64,000 nt of DNA from Octopus vulgaris (lineage: Eukaryota). The translations under genes were made by a program, and so were the position numbers. Each line of letters starts with the position of its first letter. Positions within the stretch are counted from its first letter, which is position 1. The stretch is taken from contig OX597815.1 in assembly GCA_951406725.2 (NCBI GenBank), forward strand, positions 117,428,001 through 117,492,000, in the 5' to 3' direction. The notes below the pieces were generated by a model. It was not told where the DNA came from. It ran no database searches and was given only the letters and a program-made list of their open reading frames with translations. Positions 39,025 through 53,243 of the stretch are shown here, one piece after another.

Positions 39025-39546
39025 TGAGTGAGAGAGCAGTGCATGCCATCAAAGTGACACTGGGGTAAAATATACGAAGCCCAGTATACCCATCATGACT
39101 ACCCGCCTGATAAGGGTACACCAGGCACATGCATCACAACCATATGTGCGCGATATGGTGATCAAAATAAACAGCACATGACCTTGCAGGTGGTGCCCAG
39201 TTAGAATTTTCTTCTGGTCGAGTAACCCATCCCACTCAAAAGGTCCCTGAATAAGGGTTATTTAAGGAAGTTAAATGAAACACCCATGTTTCCAGAGGTG
39301 AATCATTTAAACCCCAAATAATCCCCCTCAACACATGGCTATGATGCTCCCCACTACTTCTGCTCGTGATCAGAGATGCACATATCGTCAGCCACTAAGG
39401 GACATGCTCAACTGGTTAAGGTCAAACAACTGACACTTCCAATCAGTTAAGCAAATCTGTTTGACTATTGAGCAGAATATTTGCTGTAGCCCATCTTTAA
39501 AAAAAAGGTATATGTTTGTTTTATACCAAGACAAAACAATGTACAT

Positions 39547-39547
<1 letters not shown>
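39025..39547 (-). mobile_element. Non-coding interspersed element bounded by (TAA)n; second copy at 40272-40584
   Basis: Both copies begin GAGTGAGAGAGCAGTGCATGCCATCAAAGTGACAC directly after (TTA)n and are followed by (TTA)n; strand inferred from a TAA tail. Confidence 0.7.
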
Positions 39548-39597
<50 letters not shown>

Positions 39598-39680
39598 GGT
39601 CTTGATATTTATAGGATTGATGTTAAGTCTTTCAATATGATTCTGCCTATTTGCATCTATCTTCCTGTCAGTTTGAATGG

Positions 39681-39742
<62 letters not shown>

Positions 39743-39762
39743 CATTATTATTATTATTATTA

Positions 39763-39836
<74 letters not shown>

Positions 39837-39869
39837 TAAAGGATTGATGTTACCCTCCAGAAAATAATA

Positions 39870-40120
39870 AAGAAACAATAAGAAGAGCGCGATTGTTATC
39901 GAATGAACAATATTTCGACATCTCGTGTGTCTTCCACAAGTTCAAAAATAATCATCTCGATCGACTTCATTTTGGTAATATTTAAGAGGAGTGACATTAA
40001 TCCTTAAATATTACCAACATGAAGTCGATCGAGATGATTATTTTGAACTTCTGTGGAAGACACACGAGATGTCGAAACATTGTTCATTCGATAACAGTCG
40101 CACTCTTCTTATTGTTTCTT
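39870..40120. repeat. Near-perfect ~250-bp palindrome
   Basis: 39870-39988 is the reverse complement of 40000-40120 with few mismatches; older related copy at 38887-38985. Confidence 0.9.
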
Positions 40121-40214
40121 TCTTCTTCTTCTTCTTCTTCTTCTTCTTCTTCTTCTTCTTCTTCTTCTTCTTCTTCTTCTTCTTCTTCTTCTTCTTCTTC
40201 TTCTTCTTCTTCTT

Positions 40215-40245
<31 letters not shown>

Positions 40246-40582
40246 TTATTATTATTCTTATTATTATTATTGAGTGAGAGAGCAGTGCATGCCATCAAAG
40301 TGACACAGGGGTAAAATATACGAAGCCCAGTATATCCATCATGACTACCCGTCTGACAACCATATGTGCGCGACATAGTGATATCATATCAAGATAAACA
40401 GCGCATGACCTTGCAGGTGGGGTCCAGTTAGAATTTTCCTCTGGTCGAGTAGCCCATACCGCTCAAAAGGTCCCTGAATAAGGATTATTTAAGGATGTTG
40501 AACGAACCACCCATGTTTCCAGAGGTGAATTATCCAAGCCTCTAAGAATTCCTTTCAACACATGGCTATGATGCTACCCCAC

Positions 40583-40648
<66 letters not shown>

Positions 40649-40786
40649 AATTCCGCCGAGGTCGACTTTGCCTTTCATCCTTTCGCGGTCGAAAGCTGAG
40701 TGCTGGGATCGATGTAATCGCTTAGTCCCCTATCCACAAATTTCAGGCCTTGTGCCTTTAGTAGAAAGGATTATTATTATCATAAT

Positions 40787-40984
40787 TAGTTTATTTGTTA
40801 GAGTAAGACATTCTGTGATCTCTTCAATGACTATCTGTTCTTCTCTGTGTCTTCAGTTCTCTCTGGTGTTGTCCTCTCTGTTCCGGAATAGACGGGACAC
40901 GACCAGAGAGAAGAGGAGGCACGAATGACAGTCACTGAAGAGGTCACAGAATGGGTGATGAAAGAACCCTTTCAAATAAACTAA
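40787..40984. repeat. Imperfect ~200-bp palindrome centred on TTCCGGAA
   Basis: CATTCTGTGATCTCTTCAATGACT/AGTCACTGAAGAGGTCACAGAATG; TTCTCTCTGGT/ACCAGAGAGAA; TTAGTTTATTTG/CAAATAAACTAA. Confidence 0.8.
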
Positions 40985-41219
40985 TAATAATAGTAATAAT
41001 AGACTTAAAGGTGAAGATCAAATAATTAGTGAATGTTTTTATTGAAAAAAAAAAGAAAAAGAAAAAATGACCATCCCCAAATATAACGATGTTAAATATT
41101 TTCTGGTCTTGGAAAAAAAAAAGCAAGAGTTTGAGACATGATTGCAACCATGTTAAGGATGTGCTATGATTCTCAGTGTGTGTATGTGTGTGTGTGTGTG
41201 TGCAGTGTGGAGTTGGGGC

Positions 41220-41940
41220 AACGAAGGTGAGGTCCTTCTTCGTAGGGATACAGCTCGCAGAACCATAATTGCTGAGAAGAGTAGGAAAAGAATATAAGCT
41301 GAGTTATATAAGCTCCTTTCGGTGAGGAGCAGGAAGGATTGGCTGCAGTTGGAGATGCAGAATAACTTAAGAACTTAAGAGGTACGTGATTTACGAAGAT
41401 ATACTTCACGTTTTGGAAAGTGGTCTTACAAAATTGGCGATATTGAGTAAACACTGCCCAGTTTTGGCGGGAGAGTGAGTTTTTCTGTCGTTTTAAATTC
41501 GTTTATATTTATCTATGTATTTTTGGTTGAATAGCTGCAGTGCAGCTATGGGTAAACCAACTGAGAGGCTTAGGACTTTGTGTTGATATATGGTTCATAT
41601 ATAACGAGAGCATATTCTGATGGCGAGAAATTAACGTGAAAACATGAGGTGCTAACACAAGTAACTTTCTATTCTATAGGATTTTATACCGAACAAGGCT
41701 TGAGGCCACTGTAGCATAAGAGACCAGAAAGAAAGAAAAAGGGGGGTTTACAAATTCAAAAGAAGTAGATGGATAGAAAATTTAAAGGACTCAATATTAT
41801 AGAACAGGGGAAGACAAGATGAAGGTAGTAAGTTCCAGTGAATAGCAGTTCAAGAAAAGAAGCTATTAGAATAAAAAGACTTATGACTAACAGAAAGCTC
41901 AACATGGGTGCACCTGGGAAAAGAAGCAAGTGACATGTTT
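41220..41940 (-). mobile_element. Highly degraded LINE fragments
   Basis: Minus strand ~41880-41780 reads FYSNSFF..TAIHWNLLPSS..YNIESFK, like a LINE ORF2 C-terminus. Confidence 0.4.
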
Positions 41941-42901
41941 AAAGAAATGTCTTCAACATCACTATGACGATTCAACGTTCTCCCTGCTATAAATAACAAG
42001 CCACCGTCTTGAAAAGAGTAAAATATTAAATGTTGTAGGCAAACAATGCCCGAGAGAAGGTTTGATCAGTCAGTGTTGTTCTTGCGCTAAATAGCAATAA
42101 CAGCGACAGCAGCTGCGCGATTTAAATGGAGAAAATTTTAATGAAGTACGATAAATCTAACCTATGAAACTGCACGTTATTCTCATTTATTTGTACACCA
42201 AATTCATACCTGATAAAACACTCTTTTATGTTATCAATGAGAATGTAATTTCTCTCTCAAATTTATTCACTGGTTTCTTCGAGATTTTGTACATCCTTTT
42301 CTTTCCGCTCTGTTTCAGCTTTCTTCGTGCAGAACGCGGCCTTCCTAGTGTTTTATTTTCAATATTAGTCTCCCAACAAGAATTAATTTATTTTTAAAAA
42401 TCTATATTTTTGTTCATCAAAATTCACTGAGAAGTAAATTTTATCGCGTTTTTCAAGTGTAAAGAAGAAAATTTCAGAAATATTTTTTCATGCATTAAAC
42501 GAAAGAATTGCCTCCCTTACTTCAAATGTAAGGGAGATAATTCAACGGCTAAACGAAGAATCCTCTTGAATGAAGCCCCGTTGAAAGAAATTTTTCTCAT
42601 CTATTTTATGTATGCTGAAAAGAGAAAGTTTCGGGTTCTGTTCCACTGCGTGACGCCTTGGGTGAGTCACTTCTACAACTATAGTACCGGGCCGATCAAT
42701 GTCTTGTAGTTTAATTTGATTGACGGAAATAAATAAATACAATAAATAAATAAATAAACAGCTCGCTTCCCAACCACACGGTTCCGAGTTCACCTTGCCC
42801 AAGGTGCCACGCACCTTGGGTAAGTGTCTTCTACTATAGCCTCGGGTCGGCCAAAGCCTTGTGAGTGGATTTGGTAGACAGAAACTGAAAGAAGCCCGTC
42901 G

Positions 42902-42933
<32 letters not shown>

Positions 42934-42943
42934 TGTATGTATG

Positions 42944-42975
<32 letters not shown>

Positions 42976-43260
42976 TGTATGTATAATTAAATAAGGGTAG
43001 AAATTGATATTAATCAATTAAAACCAGTGGCCTAGCATATTTATTTTTTTTAAATCCGAAGATTAAAAATTTTTTTTACATATAAAATTTAGAGGACTGA
43101 CCGCTTTATTTCGTATATTTTCATTTGTCTTGCTTATTTTTACACTTTGTTTTTTTGCTGAGTTTTTTCTTGAGAACACATTCTTCGTGGAAAATGGCGA
43201 TTTTGACGTCTATATCTAGCATATAGGCTGTCCACTTTTAGTGACCAGTCTTCTAAATTT

Positions 43261-43300
<40 letters not shown>

Positions 43301-43559
43301 TGTGTGTGGGTCTGTTTGTGTGTTTGTCCCCACCAACATCGTTTGACAACCGATGCTGGAGTGTTTACGTCCCCGTAACTTAGCGGTTTGGCAAAAGAGA
43401 ACGATAGAATAAGTACTTGGCTTACAAAGAATAAGTTCTTGGGGTCGATTTGCTCGACTAAAGGCGGTGCTCCAACATAGCCGCAGCTAGATGACTGAAA
43501 CAAATAAAATAAAAGAATATATATATAGATATATATACTATTCTCTCTCTCTCTCCCTT

Positions 43560-43611
<52 letters not shown>

Positions 43612-44150
43612 GCATATTTGTGCGTGTGTGTAGCTTTGTGTAGATGTTTATATTGTTTTTGCCACTCCGCACCGCTTGACAATTGGCACTGGTTTGTTTA
43701 CGCCCCAGTAACCTAGCAGTTCGGCAAAAGAGTTCAATAGAATAAATAGAAGGCTTAAAAAGTAAGTACCACTGTCGACTTATTTGGCTATTTCTGTCAA
43801 GGCGGTGCTCCAGTATGGTCGCAATCCAGTGAATGGAAAAGGTAAAAAGAAAAAGATAAAAAAATACGGACTCATATGCGCGTCTTAAAAGGCATTTTCT
43901 TTTCTTTTTTCTTCTTTTACTTGTTTCAGTCATTTGACAGCGGTCATGCTGGAACACCGCCTTTAATCGAACCAAATCAACCCCAGGACTTATTCTTTGT
44001 AAGCCTAGTACTTATTCTATCGGTCTCTTTTGCCAAACCGTTACGTTACGGGGACCTAAGCCCACCAGCATCGGTTGTCAAGCGATGTTGGGGGGACCAA
44101 CACAGATACACAACACACCCATACATACATACATACATACATATACATAC

Positions 44151-44220
<70 letters not shown>

Positions 44221-44971
44221 ATATATATACGAACGACGGGCTTTTTTCAGTTTCCGTCTACTAAATCCACTCACAAGGCTTTGGTCGGCTATAGTAGAAG
44301 ACACTTGCCGAAGGTACCACGCAGTGGGACTGAACCCGGAACCATGTCGTTGGTAAGCAGGCTACTTACCACACAGCCACTCCTGCGCATTGGAGAATAT
44401 TTGTCGGTGATTCTATACAGGTGTTGTCGTTTAAATTCAAATCATGGAGTTTTGTTTCTTAAACAAATATTTGTATCACCTTTACTAAATTAAAAAAAAT
44501 AAGGCATCCACATCTACCTACCTACCTACCTACCTACCTACCTACCTACCTACATACATACATACATACATACATACATACATACATACATACATACCTA
44601 TCTATTACCTACCTACCTACCTACCTACCTACCTACCTACCTACCTACCTACCTACCTACCTACCTACCTACCTGCCTGCCTACCTACCTACCTACCTAC
44701 CTACCTACCTACCTACCTACCTACCTACCTACCTACCTACCTACCTACCTACCTACCTGCCTGCCTACCTACCTACCTACCTACCTACCTACCTACCTAC
44801 CTACATAGATACATACATACATACATACATACATGCCTATTTTCCTACTTGTCTACCTACCTACGTATATCCATCCATCCATCCATCCATCCATCCATCC
44901 ATCCATCCATCCATCCATCCATCCATCCATCCATCCATCCATCCATCCATCCATCCATCCATCCATCCATC

Positions 44972-45760
44972 AGTAGTGTGGGAAGATATGGTGCTGCAGA
45001 TTCAAAATATTAACTTTAAATCAAACCTTTAAAAACAAACTGCACTGTTAATTTCGTTAAGTTTTTATTTTACATGTTTGCAGTATCCCTATTCAAACAC
45101 ATCTATCCGGTCAGCTTTTTCATTGGCTCCATCGTTCCTTTCCCAAATTAATCTCCAGTCACTTTCTATTTGTTCTGTTGATGGGATGCTTTTTACTAAT
45201 ATTTTATTTTTGTTGAAGTTGTAATGGACTGATAGGGCTCTCTACCAAACAATCTATTCAGAGTTTTTCGCTTATAATCTGCAGATTTATATTTTGATTT
45301 CTCTGTTATCGCTGTTAGTTCTTGTGTCATCTGGTGGTGTTTGGAATTATGGTTTTGAGTCATCGAACTGCTTTCCTAGTTTCTCATAACTGATCATGAT
45401 GTTTCGGGAATTTGTTGATTGTGTTGTACTTGATAACTACAACAATCTGCGGGTTAATTTTACGAATAAAGAGAATTTTATTCAAGTTGTAGGCTCAGCC
45501 CGGCTCCAGGTGATTACTTCTGTCTTAACTGTGCAGCTCCAGCCGATAGCTGGTAGGCTAGCGATATTGTTGTTGACACATATATCAAAACATCTATAAT
45601 CTCGTATTTGGGTTCGGATACAATAGTCACTAGATAGCTTCCCGCTGTTTCATCTATCGCCTCCAGTTCTGATTTTGAACAAAACAAGATGTTTTCCTTA
45701 ACAATCTTACCACCAAGCCGGTGGCCGGTCAAAATTAACTCTAAATTAGAAAGAGAACAT
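44972..45760 (-). mobile_element. Degraded R4-like retrotransposon pre-RT region
   Basis: Minus strand PSTEQIESDWRLIWERND..NEKAD.I resembles the P..E....W..IW....N..A.WI motif upstream of R4/Dong RT. Confidence 0.4.
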
Positions 45761-45830
45761 ATATACATACATAATACATACATACATACATACATACATA
45801 CATACATACATACATACATACATACATACA

Positions 45831-45859
<29 letters not shown>

Positions 45860-45863
<4 letters not shown>

Positions 45864-46365
45864 GATGATTGCCACTTCTTTACAGAAGAAGTCCATCTCT
45901 TCAATTAATAAATACTGTCATGAGATGTTATATGATTAGCAAGTCCTGCTTCTGACAAACAAACTCTCCTGCAGATCTTACAAATATTTTAAAGCAGAAA
46001 AGTGTCTGGGATTGTAGTTAAGTCCTGTCTACGAAGTGTTCGTTTCAAGAGAGATTGTTCAATTCTTCGAACTTAAAATGCTTTACATCTATTGTAGATC
46101 ATTTGTTTCCAAACCAATTGATCTTGCGTCATCTGCCCCCAGTCTTCGACTTTCCCATTAAGAGTCTTAAGGTTGCTTTTGACAGCATCCCTAAAATGTT
46201 TCTTAGGTTTATGTCTCGGGGTTTGCCACGCTGCAACTCCCGTAAAACAACTGCTTTGGCGACTTGTCATCCTGCATCCAAGCAAGGTGCCCAACCCAAC
46301 GCATCTGATTGCGTATGAGGATCATTTCAATACTGGATGTGTTAGCTTGCTGAAGAACAACGGTA
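45860..46365 (-). mobile_element. RTE LINE 3' fragment; separate RTE tail at 46708-46825 (-)
   Basis: [64 protein letters not shown]; second tail C.RHCRSLAGLKSHIRSQH. Confidence 0.85.
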
Positions 46366-46451
46366 CATACATAGATGCATACATACATACATACATACAT
46401 ACATACATACATACATACATACATACATACATACATACATACATACAAACA

Positions 46452-46680
46452 AACAAGAATCCGGATAAACTGGGATTTTCAGAAAGAGAAATCGACCGGC
46501 TAATTCGTACATTACAAGTGCAATCTGTGAGTGGAACAGTAAAAATATGCAAGACTTTTCTCAAGTTCCAAATGTGAATCTGTGTTAACTACATCTCAAA
46601 GATGGAGCCTTGTATATTTGTTGGAAACCGGCTCTCTCCTCATTGAAAGATTTATAACAATTAAAAAATAGAAGAGACAT
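46452..46680 (+). mobile_element. 3' end of an R4-like (RLE) retrotransposon within (TACA)n
   Basis: [36 protein letters not shown] followed by a short UTR; (TACA)n on both sides. Confidence 0.6.
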
Positions 46681-47516
46681 ACATACATACATACATACAT
46701 ACATACATTATGGCTGCCCCCTCGTTATCGAGTATGGCCATTGCACGAAGCTTAACTGTTACTGGTGCTGTGATCGAATGTGACTTTTTAGCCCAGCTAA
46801 AGATCTACAATGTCTTGTACAAAGACATACATACATACATACATACATACATACATACATACATACATACATACATACATACATACATACATACATACAT
46901 ACATACATACATACATACATACATACATACATGCATGCATACATAAAGACATACATACATACATACATACATACATACATACTTGCCTATTTATTTACCT
47001 GCAGGCGCAGTGATTGAGAAATTCAGGTTCAGTCCCACTGCACAGCTCTTTGGTTCAATGTCTTCCGCTATAGCCCCGTGCCATTCAATACTTTGAGTGA
47101 ATTTGTTATGTGTCTACCAGTGATTCAAGTATTACAATTAATTTTTAGTCTATTTTTCTTTTATTTTCTTTATTTTCTTTTCCTGTTTTCTTTTATTTTC
47201 CAAGCAATTTTGTTTCTTTTTATGCCAATCTATGCACAATCTTGTACTTATGTTTAATGATTCTCGTGACGCTACTTCGGTTAAAATACAGTGAAGTCTG
47301 TCTTTTACTGCTGAAGTAATCATGCCAGGAATTTACGATATAACTAAAATAATATTTCACGTTAATGAATATTTCTTGCTTCACCAGCACTTAATTATTT
47401 CTGGTTAGCTTTAAATACAGCGTTCATTAAATAATTTTACACTAAATAACATAATCGGTGTAACGTTTGCCAAGTTTTGGAATTTATGACATAGGAACGC
47501 CTGCAAATGGAACACG

Positions 47517-47853
47517 ATCGTAAACACACAGCTAAAACAGAATAAAGCCTGTATCAATTTATACGCCTGATTCAAGAACAGATATATGTAAATCCTTTAA
47601 TTACTGTTATTTTTTTTAGCACAGACTGAAACCCTTGCGATTCAATCCAGCCGGGAGATCGTATTTCATATAGCTGATCAAATATCAGCTTATTCTATGA
47701 ACAGATTCGTTTCTCTCGGGCGATGTAGCTAATAAAAGAGATAAAGCAATAGTTTACAAGCATGGCTTTTCTAGTTTTGTTATCTTATATAACCAGGTGC
47801 GTATAAATAGTAATTGCAGTTTTATTTTAAATGCCTGTAAACCAAATACGATA
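47517..47853. repeat. Imperfect fold-back element
   Basis: ATTTATACGC/GCGTATAAAT, CCGGGAGA/TCTCTCGG, TTCATA/TATGAA, apex AGCTGAT-CAAAT-ATCAGCT. Confidence 0.65.
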
Positions 47854-48453
47854 AACACTAGGGAAATCGGTTATTAAATCACTGCACTGAGGCACCGGCA
47901 AAAAGTATTAAAAGGCAACATTAAATAGAAACATGAAAAAGAAAATAAAGTAAGAATAAATCTCTGAACGAGATGTAAACAGTAACCGCTCGACAACGTA
48001 AAGTATACAAGCCATATCAATATGGCTAACCACTAAGGGTTCACTCAAAAAGGGTGAAAAAAATGTACCATTACTGATATAGTTACTGGTACTTCGTCGG
48101 TTACGACGATAAGGGTTCAGTTGATCCGAACGGAGCAACCTGCTCGTGGAATTAACATGCAACTGGCTGAGTACTCCACAGTACAGTTTACACTGAGAAC
48201 TACGTTAAACGTTGTTCTCAGGGAGTTTCAGCGCGACACAGAATGTGACACAGTTGGCCCAATTGAATTATAGGTACAACTCATTTTTTGTTAGCTGAGT
48301 GGACTGGGGCAACGTGAAATAAAGTGTCTTAGCGGTACGGCAAAAGAGACTGATAGAATAAGTACTAGGCTTACAAAGAATAAGTCCTGGGGTGGATTTG
48401 TTCGGCTAAAGGCGGTGCTTCAATATGGACGCAGTCAAATAACTGAAACAAGA

Positions 48454-48491
<38 letters not shown>

Positions 48492-48721
48492 TTCTTTTTT
48501 TCTTTTACTTGTTTCAGTCATTTGACTGCGGTCATGCTGGAACACCGTCTTTTAGTCGAGCAAATCGACGCTAGGACTTAGTCTTTGTAAACCTAGTACT
48601 TATTCTATCTGGATCTTTTACCGCACCGCTAAGTTACAGGGACATAAACACACCAGCATCGGTTGTCAAGCGACGTTGGGGGGGGGGACAAACACAGGCA
48701 CACACATATATGTACATATAT

Positions 48722-50540
48722 ATGATGGCCGTCCACTCGTGACCGAGGAAGACCATTGTTGACCTTCAGGAACATTGTGCGCTCTAGGACTAACTTATAG
48801 TTTGCATTTGCAGCTCCGTTGGTGGCTAATGAGACCTGCTTTTGACAAGCATACACGACTGCAAACATTGCAAACCAAGCTTTCCCCATTCACTACACCA
48901 GAGCAGCACGCTGTAAGTTCTTCATGCAGAATACGTTCTCTTTCAAAGGTGTCGACCCCTCCTTAACCTTCCTTCATCTGTGGCGATGACAGGCATTGCT
49001 CTTCTAGTCAGTTTCCTGCATATCGCAGGCCTTTAATGAGGACTTGACACAGTCCTTAAATCGCAGCCTTGGTTTCTGCTGGGGTCTCTTTCCATTCACA
49101 AGTTCCCCATATAGCATCTGTTTAGGGATCCTGCTATCCTTCATTTTAATAAGGTGTCCAGCGTAACCGGTGCTTGTGCACTATCACCTCAATACTCAAG
49201 ATATCAGCTGTCCTCAGGAATCTGTGTGTCTGAGACATCTCTGATTAAAGTGCTCAAGGGCCCTTACATGACGTTTGTAAAGGATCCATGTCTCACATGA
49301 GTAAAGGAGTGATGTCAGTACACATGCACTGTACACAGCAATTTTTGCATGCTTTGTGATGCCATGCTGGGACCAGACACGAGACTGAAGAGACCGGAAG
49401 GAATCAGTTGCTCTCTGCGGCCTGAAAGAAATTTCATCATCCAGAGAGCAAGAACGGCTGAGTGTGCTGCCCAGGTAGACAAACTTGTCTATCACTTTCA
49501 GAATTTTTCCTTCAACCAAGATAGCTGGTTCCACATATGGATTTCCTGGTGCAGGTTGGAACATTACAACAGTCTTGTTCAGGCTAATGCTGAGTTCAAA
49601 TGCCGTGCAGGAAGCAGAAATACGATTATTAAGTATTTGCATATCATTCACTCTATGAGTGACTAAGTCACAGTCATCTGCTTAAAGGAAGTCACGAATA
49701 AGAGACAGGAAGACTTTTGAATTGGCAGCAAATCGGCGGCCAGAAAATCGATACTTGACATATATTACCAGAGACTAACCTTAGAAAAAGCATGAGTAAA
49801 AGCAACAGCAAAGTACAAGGAAAAGAGAGTTGAGGCAAGGATGTCACCCTGCTTGATACCATTCTCTACAGGAGTGGGTCCCGCCATTCCACCACCAACA
49901 TTGACCCAAGCGTCCATCCCATCATGAAAGGATTTAATTATAGATACAAAGTGATCCGGACATCCAAGTTTGTCAAGTATTTTTCATAGCAAGGCCCCAT
50001 TCACAGTACCAAAGGCCTTCGTTATATCAATGAATACCTGGACAAGATCCATACTTTGCTCATAGCATTTCTCCTGCATCTGTCTTGCAGTGAAAATCAT
50101 ATCCATTGTTCCTCTACCAGATCGGAAGCCACATTGATATTCAGATAGGACATCATTTACGAGACACCCATTCAGGCGGGTAAGAAGAATATTTGCCAGA
50201 ACCTTGCCAGCAGCTGATAGTAAAACAATACCTCTGTAGTTACCACACATTGTTCTGGCTCCCTTTCCTTTATAGAGGGGAAGAATAATTGCATCCTTCC
50301 AGTCTTTAGGTACTGCACTATTCCTCCAGACTGCATAATAAGAAGGGACTGTATGATGTAATCACCACCAAATTGCAAGACCTCAGCACAGATTCCATCC
50401 ATTCCATGTGCCCTACCAAGATTCAATTTACTTATTGATGTCATTACCTCATCTATTGAGCGCGTGGAATTTAAGGAGCCAATGATAGGTCTTTGTTGCA
50501 GAGTATCAATCACTGTTTCATCCACAACTGACTCATAAAT
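48722..50540 (-). mobile_element. 5'-truncated RTE (BovB-like) LINE, RT pseudogene
   Basis: NYRGIVLLSAAGKVLA..QCGFRSGRGTMDMIF..QEKCYEQ..FIDITKAF..KQGDILA..; catalytic YADD mutated to *ADD; FVYLGS; frameshifts. Confidence 0.92.
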
Positions 50541-50588
50541 ACATACATACCTACATACATACTTACATACATACATATATATACATAC

Positions 50589-50639
<51 letters not shown>

Positions 50640-50654
50640 TACATACATATACAC

Positions 50655-50702
<48 letters not shown>

Positions 50703-51144
50703 GGTAAAGACCCCCTTCGGTCACGACACTGACTATGGGATTGCACCTAGAAAGTTACCCTCCTAGACACAAGTCTGGGCAAGGTTGTTTATGGAAGACC
50801 AGCAGTCGCCCATGCATACCAGCCTCCCCTCTCCACGCCACCAGTGTTATCCAAGGGAAAGACAAAGGTCGATACAGCTTGGCACCAGTGACGTCGCAAC
50901 TCATTTCTACAGTTGAGTGAACTGGAGCAACGTGAAATAAAGTGCCTTGCTCAAGAACACAACACGCAGCCCGGTCCGGGATTCGAGCTCACAACCTCAC
51001 GATCGTAAGCTCGACGCTCTAACCATACATATACTTACATACATATACATACATATATATATTATATATTATACCTACTTCGTTTTTTTTTGTATCTAGA
51101 TTGCAAGATTCTTTATGTGAATTCGTGTGTTGAAGCAAATTTTG

Positions 51145-51290
51145 TCGTATCTGGGCAGAGTGATACTGCCTTAATACTTAACACACCCACAGGTTCAATT
51201 TCCACTCATTTATTTTTTGTGTCTGTTTTGGAAATTTAACCGGTGAATATTTTAGATATTAAGACAGTATGACTCTCCCTAGACACAATA
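51145..51290. repeat. Short fold-back, PLE pseudo-LTR-like relic
   Basis: CTGGGCAGAGTGATACTGCCTTAATA vs TATTAAGACAGTATGACTCTCCCTAG; a similar relic lies at 43080-43265. Confidence 0.5.
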
Positions 51291-51716
51291 AAAAAAATAT
51301 ATATTTAGTTAATTTTTATGGCTGGTCAGAGAGTAACCATTGGTTTCGCACCTATAAAGCACCTTATAGGTGTGAAGCTAATGGTCACACTCTGATCGAC
51401 CATAACAATTGTTCGTTGTTGCTCATTCCTTCTCGAGCCATGCTTGGTCTATAGGTTCCTAGATGAAAGGAGGAAAGAGTGAAAGAAGTTCGCCATTACC
51501 TTCTGCCGGAGCTTCGTGGAGCTGAAGTGTTTCGCTCATAAACACACATATCGCCCGGTCTGAGATTCGAACCCGCAATCCCTCGACCGCTAGTGCGCTG
51601 ATCTAACCATTAAGTCATATTACCTCCACGACCATAAAAATTAACTTCCTAAAAATACATTACTGATCTAATGCTTTGGAGTGTGGTTCGTTTTCGGATA
51701 TATGAAATACTGACAG

Positions 51717-51818
<102 letters not shown>

Positions 51819-52157
51819 TTGTATGGGGGAAGGCGGCGAGCTGACGGAAACGTATAGAAGAATTCGGAAGGATGGGCCACCAAATAAGCCTTTTGTGATA
51901 CCCGTAAAGCCAGGAACTTTTCAGCACTCCTCATACATGTATGCAACGTCAAACTGGTTACAAAAGGTGTTGGAAATTTTCGCCGCCACGTGTCTATGTC
52001 CCCGAAACTTAGCGGTTCGGCAAAAGAGTCAGATAGAATAAGTACTAAGCTTACAAAGAATAAGTCCCGGGGTCGATTTGTTCGACTAAAGGCAGTGTTC
52101 CAGCATGGCTGCATTTAAATAACTGAAATAAATAAAATAATAAAAGAATAAAGTTTA

Positions 52158-53043
52158 TATATACTACATATATGGAAAATTCTGTATGTGGGTGTGTTTG
52201 TGGAGTTGTTAGCTAACTCCTCCTACATCGTTTTATCGATTATGATGGATCTTGACACGTGAGTAGGACTCATATCTGGAAACATCATGGCATACTCAGA
52301 TTGTTGAAAAAAAAAATCGATAATCGGGCCCCTGGAAGGGATCCTTATATATATCTAATATATTTTATTTTAAAAGCCAAGGAAAATAACCCATTCGCCC
52401 CGGGAAGGGATCCTTATATGTAGGCAAAGGAAATAGTCCATTCATTTTCTTAAATTATTTGGTAAAAATGAAATTGAGTATGCTTATTTCTTAGTATTTG
52501 AACTGTTGGAGTTATTTTCGCAAGTTGTCCAGTACAACCCTTAAACGAGTAAATAGTATTTTCCTAAACAATAGATCCACTTATTGACGAATATATCAAC
52601 ACTAGCGCCCCTGAGGGGCATATTCTCTGGGAACGCACAAAAACCCTTTTCGTAGTTATTTACTTTGAGTTGTTATTATCTCATATCTGATTTGCCTATT
52701 ATTACGTAGCATGCTTCACGATTTTGGTATACATACCTTATTAATATTTCCTCCTAAGTTCTATATACTCTGGGAACGCATTAAATCCCTTTTCGGAGCT
52801 ACTTTATTTGAATTCTTACAATCGGGTAACTAATTTCATGTTAATACATAATTGACTTCACAATTTGGGTTTTCATGATTTATTGGGAATTCCTACAGAC
52901 AAGATCCTGTGTAAGACAGTTCGGTATTCTCAGTAAATACGCAAAAACCGTTTTAAGGGCTACATACTTTGTATTGTTGTTATTGGATTAGCGATACAAT
53001 TATGAGAACGGAACCAAGGGATATTTACCGGGTTCGTCAGCTA

Positions 53044-53044
<1 letters not shown>
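52158..53044 (+). mobile_element. Non-autonomous Helitron-like element
   Basis: 5' ATATACTACATAT..GTATGTG.GTGTG start and 3' CCGGGTTCGTCAG-CTAG|T end. Confidence 0.55.
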
Positions 53045-53080
<36 letters not shown>

Positions 53081-53132
53081 CACACGAGTAATCCCCCGTG
53101 TCTGAGTAATTAGTATTTACATACATACACAC

Positions 53133-53163
<31 letters not shown>

Positions 53164-53181
53164 CATACATACATACATACA

Positions 53182-53243
<62 letters not shown>

